Shown one piece after another: positions 1 through 9,722 of a stretch of DNA of 23,019 bases. The notes below the pieces were generated by a model, which saw only the letters and a list, made by a program, of their open reading frames with translations, did no database searches and was not told the origin of the DNA. Each line of letters begins with the position of its first letter. Position 1 is the stretch's first letter. The stretch covers positions 1-23,019 of the forward strand of contig NW_021836685.1 of NCBI RefSeq assembly GCF_006345805.1, in the 5' to 3' direction. Made by a program: the position numbers and the translations under genes. Source of the DNA: Octopus sinensis. Lineage: Eukaryota.

Positions 1-536
1 TATGTCGGTCATCGTATATGATGTGATGAATTAAGACAAAAGCAGTCCAGACGTCTTGCTAGGTGCAGTTTCTACAATCTAATTAAGTATTCGGAATAAT
101 GAAATTTTATCTAGAGAGTCGTTGGGTTTGTAATTTTGGCCGCCAGGTAGGAGGCGTCCATTAATTCAATATTTGACAAGCAATTAACGTCTATATAGCT
201 ACCTAGTTCGCTCTGCTTTGCTGCTTTGTGTTCGCTTAACTAGATTACCTCCCCTGAATAAATTACCTACCGTCTCTGATAAAAAGGCTTTTTCTCCAAA
301 GAATAGCGTTACAAGTTCGTGCCTACGTCATTCTTCACTTGAATGGAATTTCTTTAAATTGTTGGCAATTTTATATAATTGTTTTTTATTTTTATTTCTA
401 TATATTTATTCTTTCTTGTAGATTCCATTTCACTTCTTGTAGGCGTATTTCTAGATATGTCTTTGTTTTTTTTTTATGTTTTTTTGTTATGATTATTTGT
501 TTTATTTTTCCTGCCTTGCACATTTAAATATATAAT

Positions 537-883
537 AGGTGAAGACATGTCTGTATGATTAAGAAGCTCGCTTTGCAATCATGTGGTTTCGGGTTCAGTT
601 CCACTGCGTTGCACCTTGAAGAAATGTCTTCTGCTGTAGCTCCAAACCAACCAACCAATGCCTGATGAGCAAATTTGGTATAATGAAACTCTGTAGAAGT
701 CACACACACACATACATGCGCACGCGTGTATCTGTACTGACTACTGGAGACAGCAATAAGTCAAATTTAGTACAATAAAGAAATATGTAATGACCAGTGT
801 TTATGCCTTGTTGTACACACACACACACACACACACTCATGCACACACACACACACATACACACACGAACACATGCACACACA

Positions 884-922
<39 letters not shown>

Positions 923-1133
923 ATTTGTGCTTGTGTTCGTCTCCCGCCAACACTTGATGACCTGTTTTGATTTGGTTACGACTTTGTAACTTAGTGGTTC
1001 GGTCAAAGATATCGATAGAATAAGTATCATGCTTAAACATGTTAAAGTGTTGAGGGCGATTTGCTCGACTAGATCCTATAAAGTGGTGCTCAAGCATGGC
1101 CGTAGTCCAATGATTGAAACAAGTATAAGATAA
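537..1133 (+). mobile_element. SINE group A (tRNA-derived, octopod type), old diverged copy split by CA/GT microsatellites
   Basis: 537-700 aligns by eye to the head of the intact copy at 15298 (gggttcagttccactgcgttgcaccttg); 921-1133 aligns to its tail (gatttgctcgacta...gtggtgctcaagcatggccgtagtccaatgattgaaacaagt). Confidence 0.8.
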
Positions 1134-1396
1134 CCGATAACGATTTTAAATGAAATAGACTTCCTAAGAGAATTTGTATAGGGCTTACAGTTTAATGTGT
1201 TGCCACGCTTTCCCCTTTCATAAATACTTTTTTTTAATAGAAGTTCCCAATGACGTGTTTTCGGTTACTGGTTGGGGTTATTTCCCTTGACTTTTGTTGA
1301 TTACGCACGCAAAAACTACATAGTTCTTATAATTTGCTTCCGTCGAATAATCATCTGTGAATATATATATATATATTATATATATATATAATATAT

Positions 1397-1421
1397 AAGC
1401 TACTTACCACACAGCCACTCC

Positions 1422-1422
<1 letters not shown>
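1397..1422 (-). mobile_element. SINE group A 5' tip fragment stranded in (AT)n
   Basis: aagctacttaccacacagccactcct is the exact reverse complement of aggagtggctgtgtggtaagtagctt at 15305-15330. Confidence 0.85.
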
Positions 1423-1466
<44 letters not shown>

Positions 1467-1491
1467 CTTTATTTTAAGCAGCAGAAAATTC

Positions 1492-1545
1492 AACAAAATC
1501 TGTTACTCTGAGTTTCTCGTTGCCGTTCATCAGACAGTTTTTGTT
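1492..1545 (-). ncRNA. Minimal type I hammerhead ribozyme motif (Penelope-like element type)
   Basis: Minus strand reads AACAAAA-A-CUGU CUGAUGA A-CG-GCAA-CG-A GAAA CUC-A-GAG UA ACAG-A-UUUUGUU: core CUGAUGA (1533-1527) and GAAA (1516-1513), stem I 4+7 bp, stem II CG/CG with GCAA tetraloop, stem III CUC/GAG, GUA cleavage triplet (1506-1504). Confidence 0.7.
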
Positions 1546-2440
1546 AGAATGGAACTGATACATCAATTCAATCTATACTCTTACAAACGCTACACCTTTA
1601 AAAAGAAATGGACTTGTTTGATTGGCCCTTTAGAAAAAACGGTCAATCTTCGAGCGATAAACAAAAAGGTCAAAGATATATGTATATATATATAAAAAAC
1701 TTATAAAAATTATATATAAAAACTTATAAAAATTATAAAATCCGAGGAAAAACCATTGACGTTAATGAAGACAGTGCAAATTAATGCATAGAAATTAAAC
1801 CTGTTATAAATACTGCAATACATATTTATATTAAAATCTACATATATATATCAACATACACAAAAGGATGCGCGTAAACGCCATACATACATATACAGAC
1901 GTATGAATATGAATTTAAATATACACATAAAAGCATGTGTACATATATTCACGCAAACCGTCTCGCACGCAAGCTAAAATTCATCTATGTAGCAATTCTC
2001 ATATACTGGGCAAGGAGGGGGAACGAAAGAAAGGGAGAGAGAGAAAAAAGAAAAGAAGGAGGGGTGGGAAAAAAACGAAATAAGCAGTGTAACGATGTTA
2101 TTGGCATCTATAGAGGCCAGTATACATACACAAGTTTGAATGGATACATATACATACCGTCGTGTATATGTGTGCTTAAGCACAAACATACTTTCACTTA
2201 CACATACACAGATACGTATGCTTACAAATACATATGCTTTGCTATACACATACTTATATAAACATTCTAATTTTGACAACATTGCTTTTTTTAAAAAACA
2301 TTGCTTTTAAAAATGGGTGCATTAATAAAAATATATACGAAAGACATATAAAATAAAATATAACATCCTATTTTGGGTCATTTATAAATAATCAAGGTAA
2401 TATAAATAATCAAGGTAATCCTATGCAATACAATAACATG

Positions 2441-2488
<48 letters not shown>

Positions 2489-2510
2489 GTATATGTATGT
2501 ATATATTATT

Positions 2511-2752
2511 TTATTCTTTCATTTGTTTCAGTCGTTTGACTGCGGCCACGCTGGAGCACCGCCTTTAGTCGAACAAATCGACTCCAAGACTTAGATTTTG
2601 TAAGCCTAGTACTTATTCTATCGATTTCATTTGTGGAACCGCTAAGTTACGGGGACGCAAACAAACCAACATCGGTTGTCAAGCGATGGTGTGGGGACAA
2701 ACACCCAGCATGGGCATAGTCAAATGAGTGAAACAAGTAAAAGAATAAAAGA

Positions 2753-2785
<33 letters not shown>

Positions 2786-2942
2786 GCTTATTTTAGTTTC
2801 CGTCTACCAAGTCCACTAACAAGGCTTTGGTTGGCTTGAGGCTATAGTAGAAGACACTCACCCAAGTTGTTACGCAGTGGGACAGAACCGGAACCATGTG
2901 GTTAGTAAACAAGCTACTTACCACATAGCCACTCCTGCGCCT
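2511..2942 (-). mobile_element. SINE group A, near full-length
   Basis: Head (ccacatagccactcctgcgcct, ends 2942) and tail (tgtttcagtcgtttgactgcggccacgctggagcaccgcctttagtcga) are reverse complements of 15298-15758; central (AT)n at 2754-2780; ttattctttcatt at 2511 and 2950 may be a target-site duplication. Confidence 0.9.
2705..2755 (+). mobile_element. SINE group A 3' tail fragment, opposite orientation, nested in the previous copy
   Basis: ccagcatgggcatagtcaaatgagtgaaacaagtaaaagaataaaagaata matches the group A tail at 15717-15758. Confidence 0.85.
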
Positions 2943-3590
2943 ACGACTATTATTCTTTCATTATTTCCCTTTCACGCTTACTTTGTTCATTCCACTCTTC
3001 GTTCTTTCCTTCCCTGTCTTTCACATTTCCTGGCCTTCTCTTCATGCTCACTTTCCCTCCTCTTTTCACTTCACTGAATCCCGTTCATTTTTTCTCGCCC
3101 CTCCTTAGTTCTTCTATCCCTCTACCTCCACTTCTCTCTCTCTTCTCTCCCCACGTTACCGGTGTTCGGCCAAGCCTGACCTTTCTTTCTTGGTTCGACT
3201 ACTATCCGTGCAACATCTATATTCCTCCCTGTACCTGAGAAATCTTATGTCCCAGCCGTAAGGCTTTACTTCCACACACGCCAGCTTAATTTAATTCGTC
3301 CTTAGTCGAAAGACACCTGTTGTTATGTCCTGTTATTTGCATTGTATTTGTGTAACATTCTCCGTTTTTTTCCCGTCCTTGTTTACGTATACACTCGAAC
3401 CTTCTTCCAAGGAATCTAGTACTCTTGGCTTAGTTTTTCCTTGGGGTTGGCCAGATTAGAGCAATATCGAGTATAACCAGCCGAAATTGTAAAGATAATC
3501 TAGAACTCGACTGAGGATAGAAAACTCAGAATGACTCGTCCTTGTTTTCTTTGTACTGTATGTTTGGATGTTTTGTTGTCCATTTTTTGT
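2943..3590 (+). mobile_element. Probable Penelope-like element pseudo-LTR remnant
   Basis: Long pyrimidine-rich tract followed by CpG-containing segments with decayed CTGANGA/GAAA motifs (cgactgaggatagaaaactcagaa near 3508-3531); shares the cgactgaRga...tccttg motif with 20540-20570 on the minus strand. Family assignment is pattern recognition only. Confidence 0.4.
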
Positions 3591-3650
3591 ATAACAGTGT
3601 TTTTTTTTATTACAACTATCTTTCAAGTAAAAAGAGAAAAAATAATTGTA

Positions 3651-3872
3651 CGAGGAAGTGCTGAAAAGTTCCTAGCTTTGGGTAAAAGAAAATACAGGAG
3701 GATGAGATAGTTATGATTTTATTCTACATATTCCTCTCTCAAGTTCACACACTTATTGCAGCGGTCCTTCAGTTTTTTTTTCTAAGCCCTGTAAAAGAAC
3801 TCGGAAGGCTGGGCCTCCAGCTAGGCCTTCCGAGATTATTCTTAAAGCCAGGAACTTTCCAATACCCCGGCG
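3651..3872. mobile_element. Tc1/mariner-type MITE, 222 bp
   Basis: Imperfect TIRs cgaggaagtgctgaaaagttcctagcttt / aaagccaggaactttccaataccccggcg with TA on both sides (3649-3650, 3873-3874); no coding capacity. Confidence 0.75.
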
Positions 3873-4520
3873 TATGTATATGATACATTAAGTCAAAGCA
3901 TGCGATATATCGCATATTAAAGAGTTAGAAATCATATCAACCAACAGACTGGTGAAACACCATGCCACATATCAATAAGGTGATCTATACAACGCATTTG
4001 TGTGATACATTTTTGCATCAGATTTTCAATGTGATATAGTTTATCAGATGGTATAAAACTCTCTAAAATGTGTTAATATATGAAATATTGCGGTACTTAC
4101 AATATATTACAAATACATATAATATCACGGCGATACGATCATTTATCACATATATTCATGTATATAAACAACACGTCGAATATGAGAATACAATGAACAC
4201 ATCAGTGTTGTACAATTCAAGGTCTTATACAATAAATCACATATAAGGATTGTGTATGTTTTATCACTTGGGGTGATATGTTCACTATCATCCACATTAC
4301 AAGGTGATACGCCATACTTCATCTCGTTCATATAATATTTATATATACCATATGACTAGGAAAACAAAAGAAGTTTGCAGTTTTTGCTTTATGTATTGCC
4401 TCTATATTTCTGCATGTAAATGATATATTTAAGTCAACACATGCGATAAATAACGTTACATACACCAGGGTTATACTTACAATAGCAGACACGAATAACA
4501 TTCAATACATCAAAATGTCT

Positions 4521-4653
4521 GGAGGAGCGTGGTTTGGTGGTTAGGGGGTTGCAGCTTACGGTCATAGGGTCATGAGATCAAATACTTCAAGAATTAGCCA
4601 CAAAATCTCTCTCAAACTATACTTCGGTGCCTTAAAAAAAAAAGGGCATATTG
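4521..4653 (+). mobile_element. Decayed tRNA-derived SINE head plus repeat fragment
   Basis: gcgtggtttggtggttaggggg resembles the group C head (gcgtgtggcttagtggttagggg); the following aattagccacaaaatctctctcaaa resembles the fragments at 21968-22007 and 22528-22563. Confidence 0.45.
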
Positions 4654-5514
4654 ATTGAGTATTAATAAAAATACTTCAGTCCCTTATATGCAAAAATATG
4701 AGATGATCAATACGGAAATGTCATAGGTTATAGGTCATAGGTCTACTTGAATATGTCTAACTTGGGATTAAGTATGAAATGCAGCAGCAACAACAACAAC
4801 AACAAAAAAAAAAAAAAAAAAAAAAACCAACAGCCTATAATAATTCTCACATTGGCATAAAAATATTCTACAAATAAAAATATGGCCATTGAGCCAGTAG
4901 GGAGTTGTACAAGGTTACTTGATCTGTTAGAAACAACAGCCAAATGTCCATCAATTCACACCATATAGACTCTGTAAAAACTACATTGATATCGCTATTC
5001 TCAGAGGGACCCATAAAGGTCTTAGTCACTACCGCACCTCAAGACAACACCTTAGCAATATCCCAAAGATGGATCAAGTGAAATGTTGCGAAGTTCTTTA
5101 TTGAAAGGCTGAAAGGCTGAATCGAAACCTGACCGCAGACTCAGACTCGTTCCATTTTCTATCTCGGTTGTGTTATATTTTTTTCTAAAGTTTGTAGCAT
5201 TGTATGACCTATTAATGATAACATACCTTGCTGAATTTACCTGTAGTCTTGAGTGTCACTTGTAATCGCACATGAGTCAGAGTGAGGTGGTGGAAATGAA
5301 CCGACGAGATATCGCAGTTAAAGGATCATCTCATACTACAACATCATAAGACGGAGAGAGCACATTACGAGTAGTCTTATATACATTACGCCTGAATATA
5401 ACTGAATATAAAACTGGATGATCATAACAGTAACGCCTTTGGTCATAAGTCTGCAGGACCAGACCTGGCCTGGTATTAAACAACAACAATAACAAACACC
5501 ACCACCACCACCAC

Positions 5515-5705
5515 TTTTTTCAGTCACTGGACAGCGGCCATGCTGGGGCATCACCTTGAAGGGTTTAGTTGGACAATTCGACTTCAGTACGTATTTGAAA
5601 GTTTGTTACTTATTCTATAGTGAATTTTTGCCGAACCGCTAATGTTACGGTGTAAACAAACCAAGACCTCTTATCAAGCAGTGGTAAGGGCGAGGCACAA
5701 ACACA
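5515..5705 (-). mobile_element. SINE group A 3' half, diverged
   Basis: cagtcactggacagcggccatgctggggcatcacc...acttattctatag...gccgaaccgctaatgttacgg is the reverse complement of the group A tail. Confidence 0.75.
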
Positions 5706-5788
<83 letters not shown>

Positions 5789-6190
5789 ATTCATATATAC
5801 AGTATAACTCTGGACTTCAAGATTGCGAAGAGAACGTCTTAACTGTTCGCACATGCTGCATCCAAATACATACGTACATATGTATATACAAAGATACGTA
5901 CATACATACAAACACACATACATACATACATACATACATACATACATACATACATAACATACATACCTACATACATACATACATACATTCATACTTACAT
6001 ACGTACATACATACGTACATGCATACATATATACATACATGCATACATATATATACGCTATATTCATACATGCATACATTTGTATATACACACATACAGT
6101 GCATGCATACATACATGCATATATACATACATACATACATACATACATACATACATACATACATACATACATAATACATACTTATACACA
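5701..6190. repeat. (CA)n plus compound (CATA)n microsatellite
   Basis: Direct reading: (CA)n about 5701-5783, (CATA)n mosaic about 5866-6190. Confidence 0.95.
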
Positions 6191-6196
6191 TGCATA

Positions 6197-6521
6197 GGAG
6201 CACTCCGTCGGTTGCGACGACGTGGGTCCCAACTAATACGATCAACGGAACAGCTGGCTCGTGAAATTCACGTGTTGGTGGCTGAGCACTCCACAAACAC
6301 GTGTACCCTTAACGTAGTTCTCGGGGAGATTCAGCGTGACACAGTGTGCGACAAGGCCGGCCCTTTGAAATACAAGTACTACTCATTTTTGCCAGCTGAG
6401 TGGACTGGAGCAACGTAAAATAAAGTGTCTTGCTCAAGGACAGAACGCGCTGCCGGGAATTGAACTCCTAACCTTACGATCATAAGCCGAATGCCCCTAA
6501 CCACTAAGCCACACGCCTTCA
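6197..6521 (-). mobile_element. SINE group C (tRNA head, CORE-like middle, shared tail), full-length
   Basis: Minus strand: A box tggcttagtgg, B box gagttcaattccc, CORE-like tccttgagcaagacactttattttacgttgctccagtccactcagctg, tail tgtcacgctgaatctccccgagaactacgttaagggtacacgtg...ccgacggagtgc. Resembles the octopus OR-type SINEs (from memory). Confidence 0.9.
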
Positions 6522-6609
6522 TATGCATACATATAGTATATACACATGCATACATATAGTATATACTCTACCTACTTACATTCACTGCAGTACCGACCAC
6601 CGTCAACTA

Positions 6610-6797
6610 ATAACAATTTCTTACATAGGCAGAAACCTCAAATTTTGTGGGGGAAAGAAACGGTCAACACTACCGACTCTAGTACTTGGCTGCTGTTTTA
6701 TTTCATCGACCCTGGAAGGATGAAAGGTATAGCTGACTTTGGTAGGATTTGACCTTAGACCGTAAAGTGTCAGAATAAATACCATCAGGTATTTTAT
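6610..6797 (-). mobile_element. SINE group B, old diverged copy
   Basis: Reverse complement contains cctttcatccttccagggtcgatgaaataaaa and the tail aaaatttgagg, matching group B copies at 11743-11910 and 12007-12204. Confidence 0.75.
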
Positions 6798-7241
6798 TTG
6801 ATTAATTTCCGTTTATTGGTCATAAATGATCCTGGGGTTTGTACAATGAAGAAACACGAGAGCAGTAGGAATTTTGTTCGAGTAATAAGGCGAATTCCAC
6901 AAAAACACTGGATTACAATGTCTGCAAGATAAGGTCTCCATTAGGAGAAAGAAAAAAATCTTTAAAAAGGTAAAATAAAGCACCTAGGTTAATTTGGGTC
7001 ATCCTTTGCAAAAACCTCTGGATTACTCTAAAGCACCAAAAAAAAAAAGTGCTTTTTCATAGTTTCTTGTAGTTTGTTTAGGGCCACTTTATCATAGTAG
7101 TCCCAATTAACCTGGTCGACGTTATCGCTATCACCCATATTTCGTAAAAACTGGAGGGCAGAGCATCACACGCCACTCTCGCCTTCTTCAATTAGTTGAA
7201 GAGGTTAGTGGAGGAGGGAAGAAACACTGTCCTTAAATATT

Positions 7242-7247
7242 TTTATT
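7242..7247 (-). promoter_or_regulatory. Candidate polyadenylation signal AATAAA
   Basis: AATAAA on the minus strand about 300 nt after the candidate stop codons, followed about 20 nt later by GU/U-rich gtgtttctt; the hexamer is common in AT-rich DNA. Confidence 0.3.
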
Positions 7248-7350
7248 GCCAACCAACCGTCTTCGCTATGGGCACCCATTAGAGTAAACTAACCGTTCTT
7301 TCTTGCCAAAGACGGTGGGTAGATCTTCAAGATAATCTGGACTATTATTT

Positions 7351-7515
7351 GAATCAATCCTGATGACGATGACAGTTATTATTATTATTATTATTATTGT
7401 TGTTGTTGTTGTTGTTTTGTTGTTGTTGTTGTTTTGTTGTTGTTTGTTGTTACGATGTTGATGAGATGTTATTGTTGTTGCTGTTGTTTTGATGATGATG
7501 ATGATGATGATGATG
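7351..7515. repeat. Compound (ATT)n/(GTT)n/(GAT)n microsatellite
   Basis: Direct reading. Confidence 0.9.
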
Positions 7516-7549
7516 GCGGCATGTTCAGTAACCAGCATCGAGATTGTTA

Positions 7550-7612
7550 TCAAGCGAATTTGGAGTAAACGAAACGAGCGATTTGACTTGAATTGGATAG
7601 CGCCATGAAAGC
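7550..7612 (-). CDS. Candidate terminal coding exon of an unidentified gene (AFMALSNSSQIARFVYSKFA*; alternative frame xLSWRYPIQVKSLVSFTPNSLDNNLDAGY* ending at 7525)
   Basis: Good acceptor ctccgtatttcttgcag|G at 7613/7612; an island of complex sequence between two microsatellite mosaics; both frames stay open when joined to 13891-13926. No protein recognised. Confidence 0.4.
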   Translation of the reverse strand, partial: AFMALSNSSQIARFVYSKFA

Positions 7613-7659
7613 CTGCAAGAAATACGGAGAACCCCCCACCCCCCACCCCTCACCCCGCT

Positions 7660-7990
7660 CCACGACGACGACGACGACCACCACCACCACCACCACTGCC
7701 GCCACCGCCGCCATCACCACCATCACAAGTACAACTACCAAGAACAACGTCACCACCACCACCACCACCATCATCACAAGAACAACCACCAAGGACAACG
7801 TCACCACAACCACCACTACCACCATCGCCATCATAGTTACTACGACTACTACAACTACTGCTACTGCTGCTGATAATGATGATAAGGATAGTGAATGATG
7901 ATACTGGTGATGATGATGATGATGATGACAACGTCGACGACGATAACGCTGATAATGACGACGACGACGACGACGATGACGATATGATGC
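7660..7990. repeat. Compound (CAC)n/(GAC)n/(ACT)n/(GAT)n trinucleotide mosaic
   Basis: Direct reading; source of the four overlapping low-complexity ORFs at 7550-8030. Confidence 0.9.
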
Positions 7991-8485
7991 CACCAGTACT
8001 ATAAGCTAAGCAATAAATTATTAAAGGCAATTTCCTTTTATTTTACTCAAACCAATATCCATTGCTACGTTTCGACCCGACCCTTCTAGCTCCTCCTCAT
8101 CCTTCTCTCCTCTTCCCCCCCTCTCTCTCTCCTATTCTTCATAAGACAGAATATTTGGTCCGTCCAGCTTTACTTTTACGCTTTTAATCTTCCATCTTCC
8201 TCGTCCATGTCACTTTATGAGATCGTTTGTTGCTGTTATTATCTGCCTGTCGAGCAAATGTATTCATATTTTATACACATCCCTATCATTTGCTTTATTT
8301 ACAAGTTACTTCAACATTCAAACAACCCATTACAATACTGTCCTCCATGCACGCACTCTGAAAATGCTCGATTCATATGAGTTTTTACGGCTTCCATAGA
8401 TAGACACACATCTCGTTTTCATTTCGAAGTTTTAGTTGGTTCATTTATGCTCAGCCGTAATTTAATTTATCTCTCTCCATCTGTC

Positions 8486-8505
8486 CGTTTGTCTGTCTGT
8501 CTGTG

Positions 8506-8576
<71 letters not shown>

Positions 8577-8612
8577 GACTGTCTGTCTGTCTGTCTGTCT
8601 GTCTGTCGTCTG

Positions 8613-8674
<62 letters not shown>

Positions 8675-8712
8675 GTCTGTTTATATGTCTATCAGTTCCT
8701 CTGTCTGTCAAT
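8486..8712. repeat. Compound (ATCT)n/(GTCT)n tetranucleotide repeat
   Basis: Direct reading. Confidence 0.95.
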
Positions 8713-8824
8713 CTGTCTGCCTGTCTCTGTGTCTCTTTCTCTATATCTCTACACGCATACATACACACAACGCGCAAACGCAAACACACATACACGCTTT
8801 CAACCAAAAGCACAACACACATAC

Positions 8825-8965
8825 ACCAACCAAATGGCTCCGGGTTCAGTCCCACTGCTTGACACCTTGGTGACGTGTCTTTTTCTACTATTGTCTTGGG
8901 CCGACCAAAGAAAGCCTTGTGAGTGGATTTGGTACACGGAAACTGAAAGAAGCAAGCCGTATATA

Positions 8966-9060
<95 letters not shown>

Positions 9061-9596
9061 AATGAAAGAATGGAGTCGAACGAAGATGTTAACAAAATTC
9101 CTTTACTCTCAACATATGTCGTTTACTCCAGATTCGCTTGAGAACAATCTCGATGAACATGCCGCCATCATCATCATCATCATCATCATCAAAACAACAG
9201 CAACAACAATAACATCTCATCAACATCGTAACAACAAACAACAACAACAATAACAACAACAATAATAATAATAATAATAATAATAACTGTCATCGTCATC
9301 AGGATTGATTCAAATAATAGTCCAGATTATCTTGAAGAGCTACCCACCGTCTTACTCTCGACATATGTCAAGAGTAAAGGAATTTTGTTAACATCTTCGT
9401 TCGACTCCATTCTTTCATTTATTCATATACAACACACAAATTTCTGCACATGAACCCGGAGTTTCTACCCTTGGACATGTCGCTTCAACCGTGTTTCTGA
9501 CGTGAATTTGCTACCCTGGTTCGGTTTTCGGTTCAACGAATTTTCCATGCTGACGATAAACATAGGATAATTCATTCACCTATTTATATATATATA

Positions 9597-9660
<64 letters not shown>

Positions 9661-9691
9661 GTGTGTGTGTGTGTTTGTGTATGTGTGTGTA

Positions 9692-9722
<31 letters not shown>

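Noticed and set aside
661-695. cCTGATGAgc...atGAAActc hammerhead-like spacing
   Set aside because: It aligns to the SINE group A segment ccttgtgagtggatttggtagacggaaact; no stems form.
1693-2418. Short tandem duplications (1693-1740; tataaataatcaaggtaa x2 at 2383-2418; also 6523-6566)
   Set aside because: Ordinary slippage duplications in AT-rich DNA.
6440-6521. tRNA-like A/B boxes here and at 15305, 16760 and 21700
   Set aside because: These are SINE heads; there is no complete cloverleaf and each continues into SINE body sequence.
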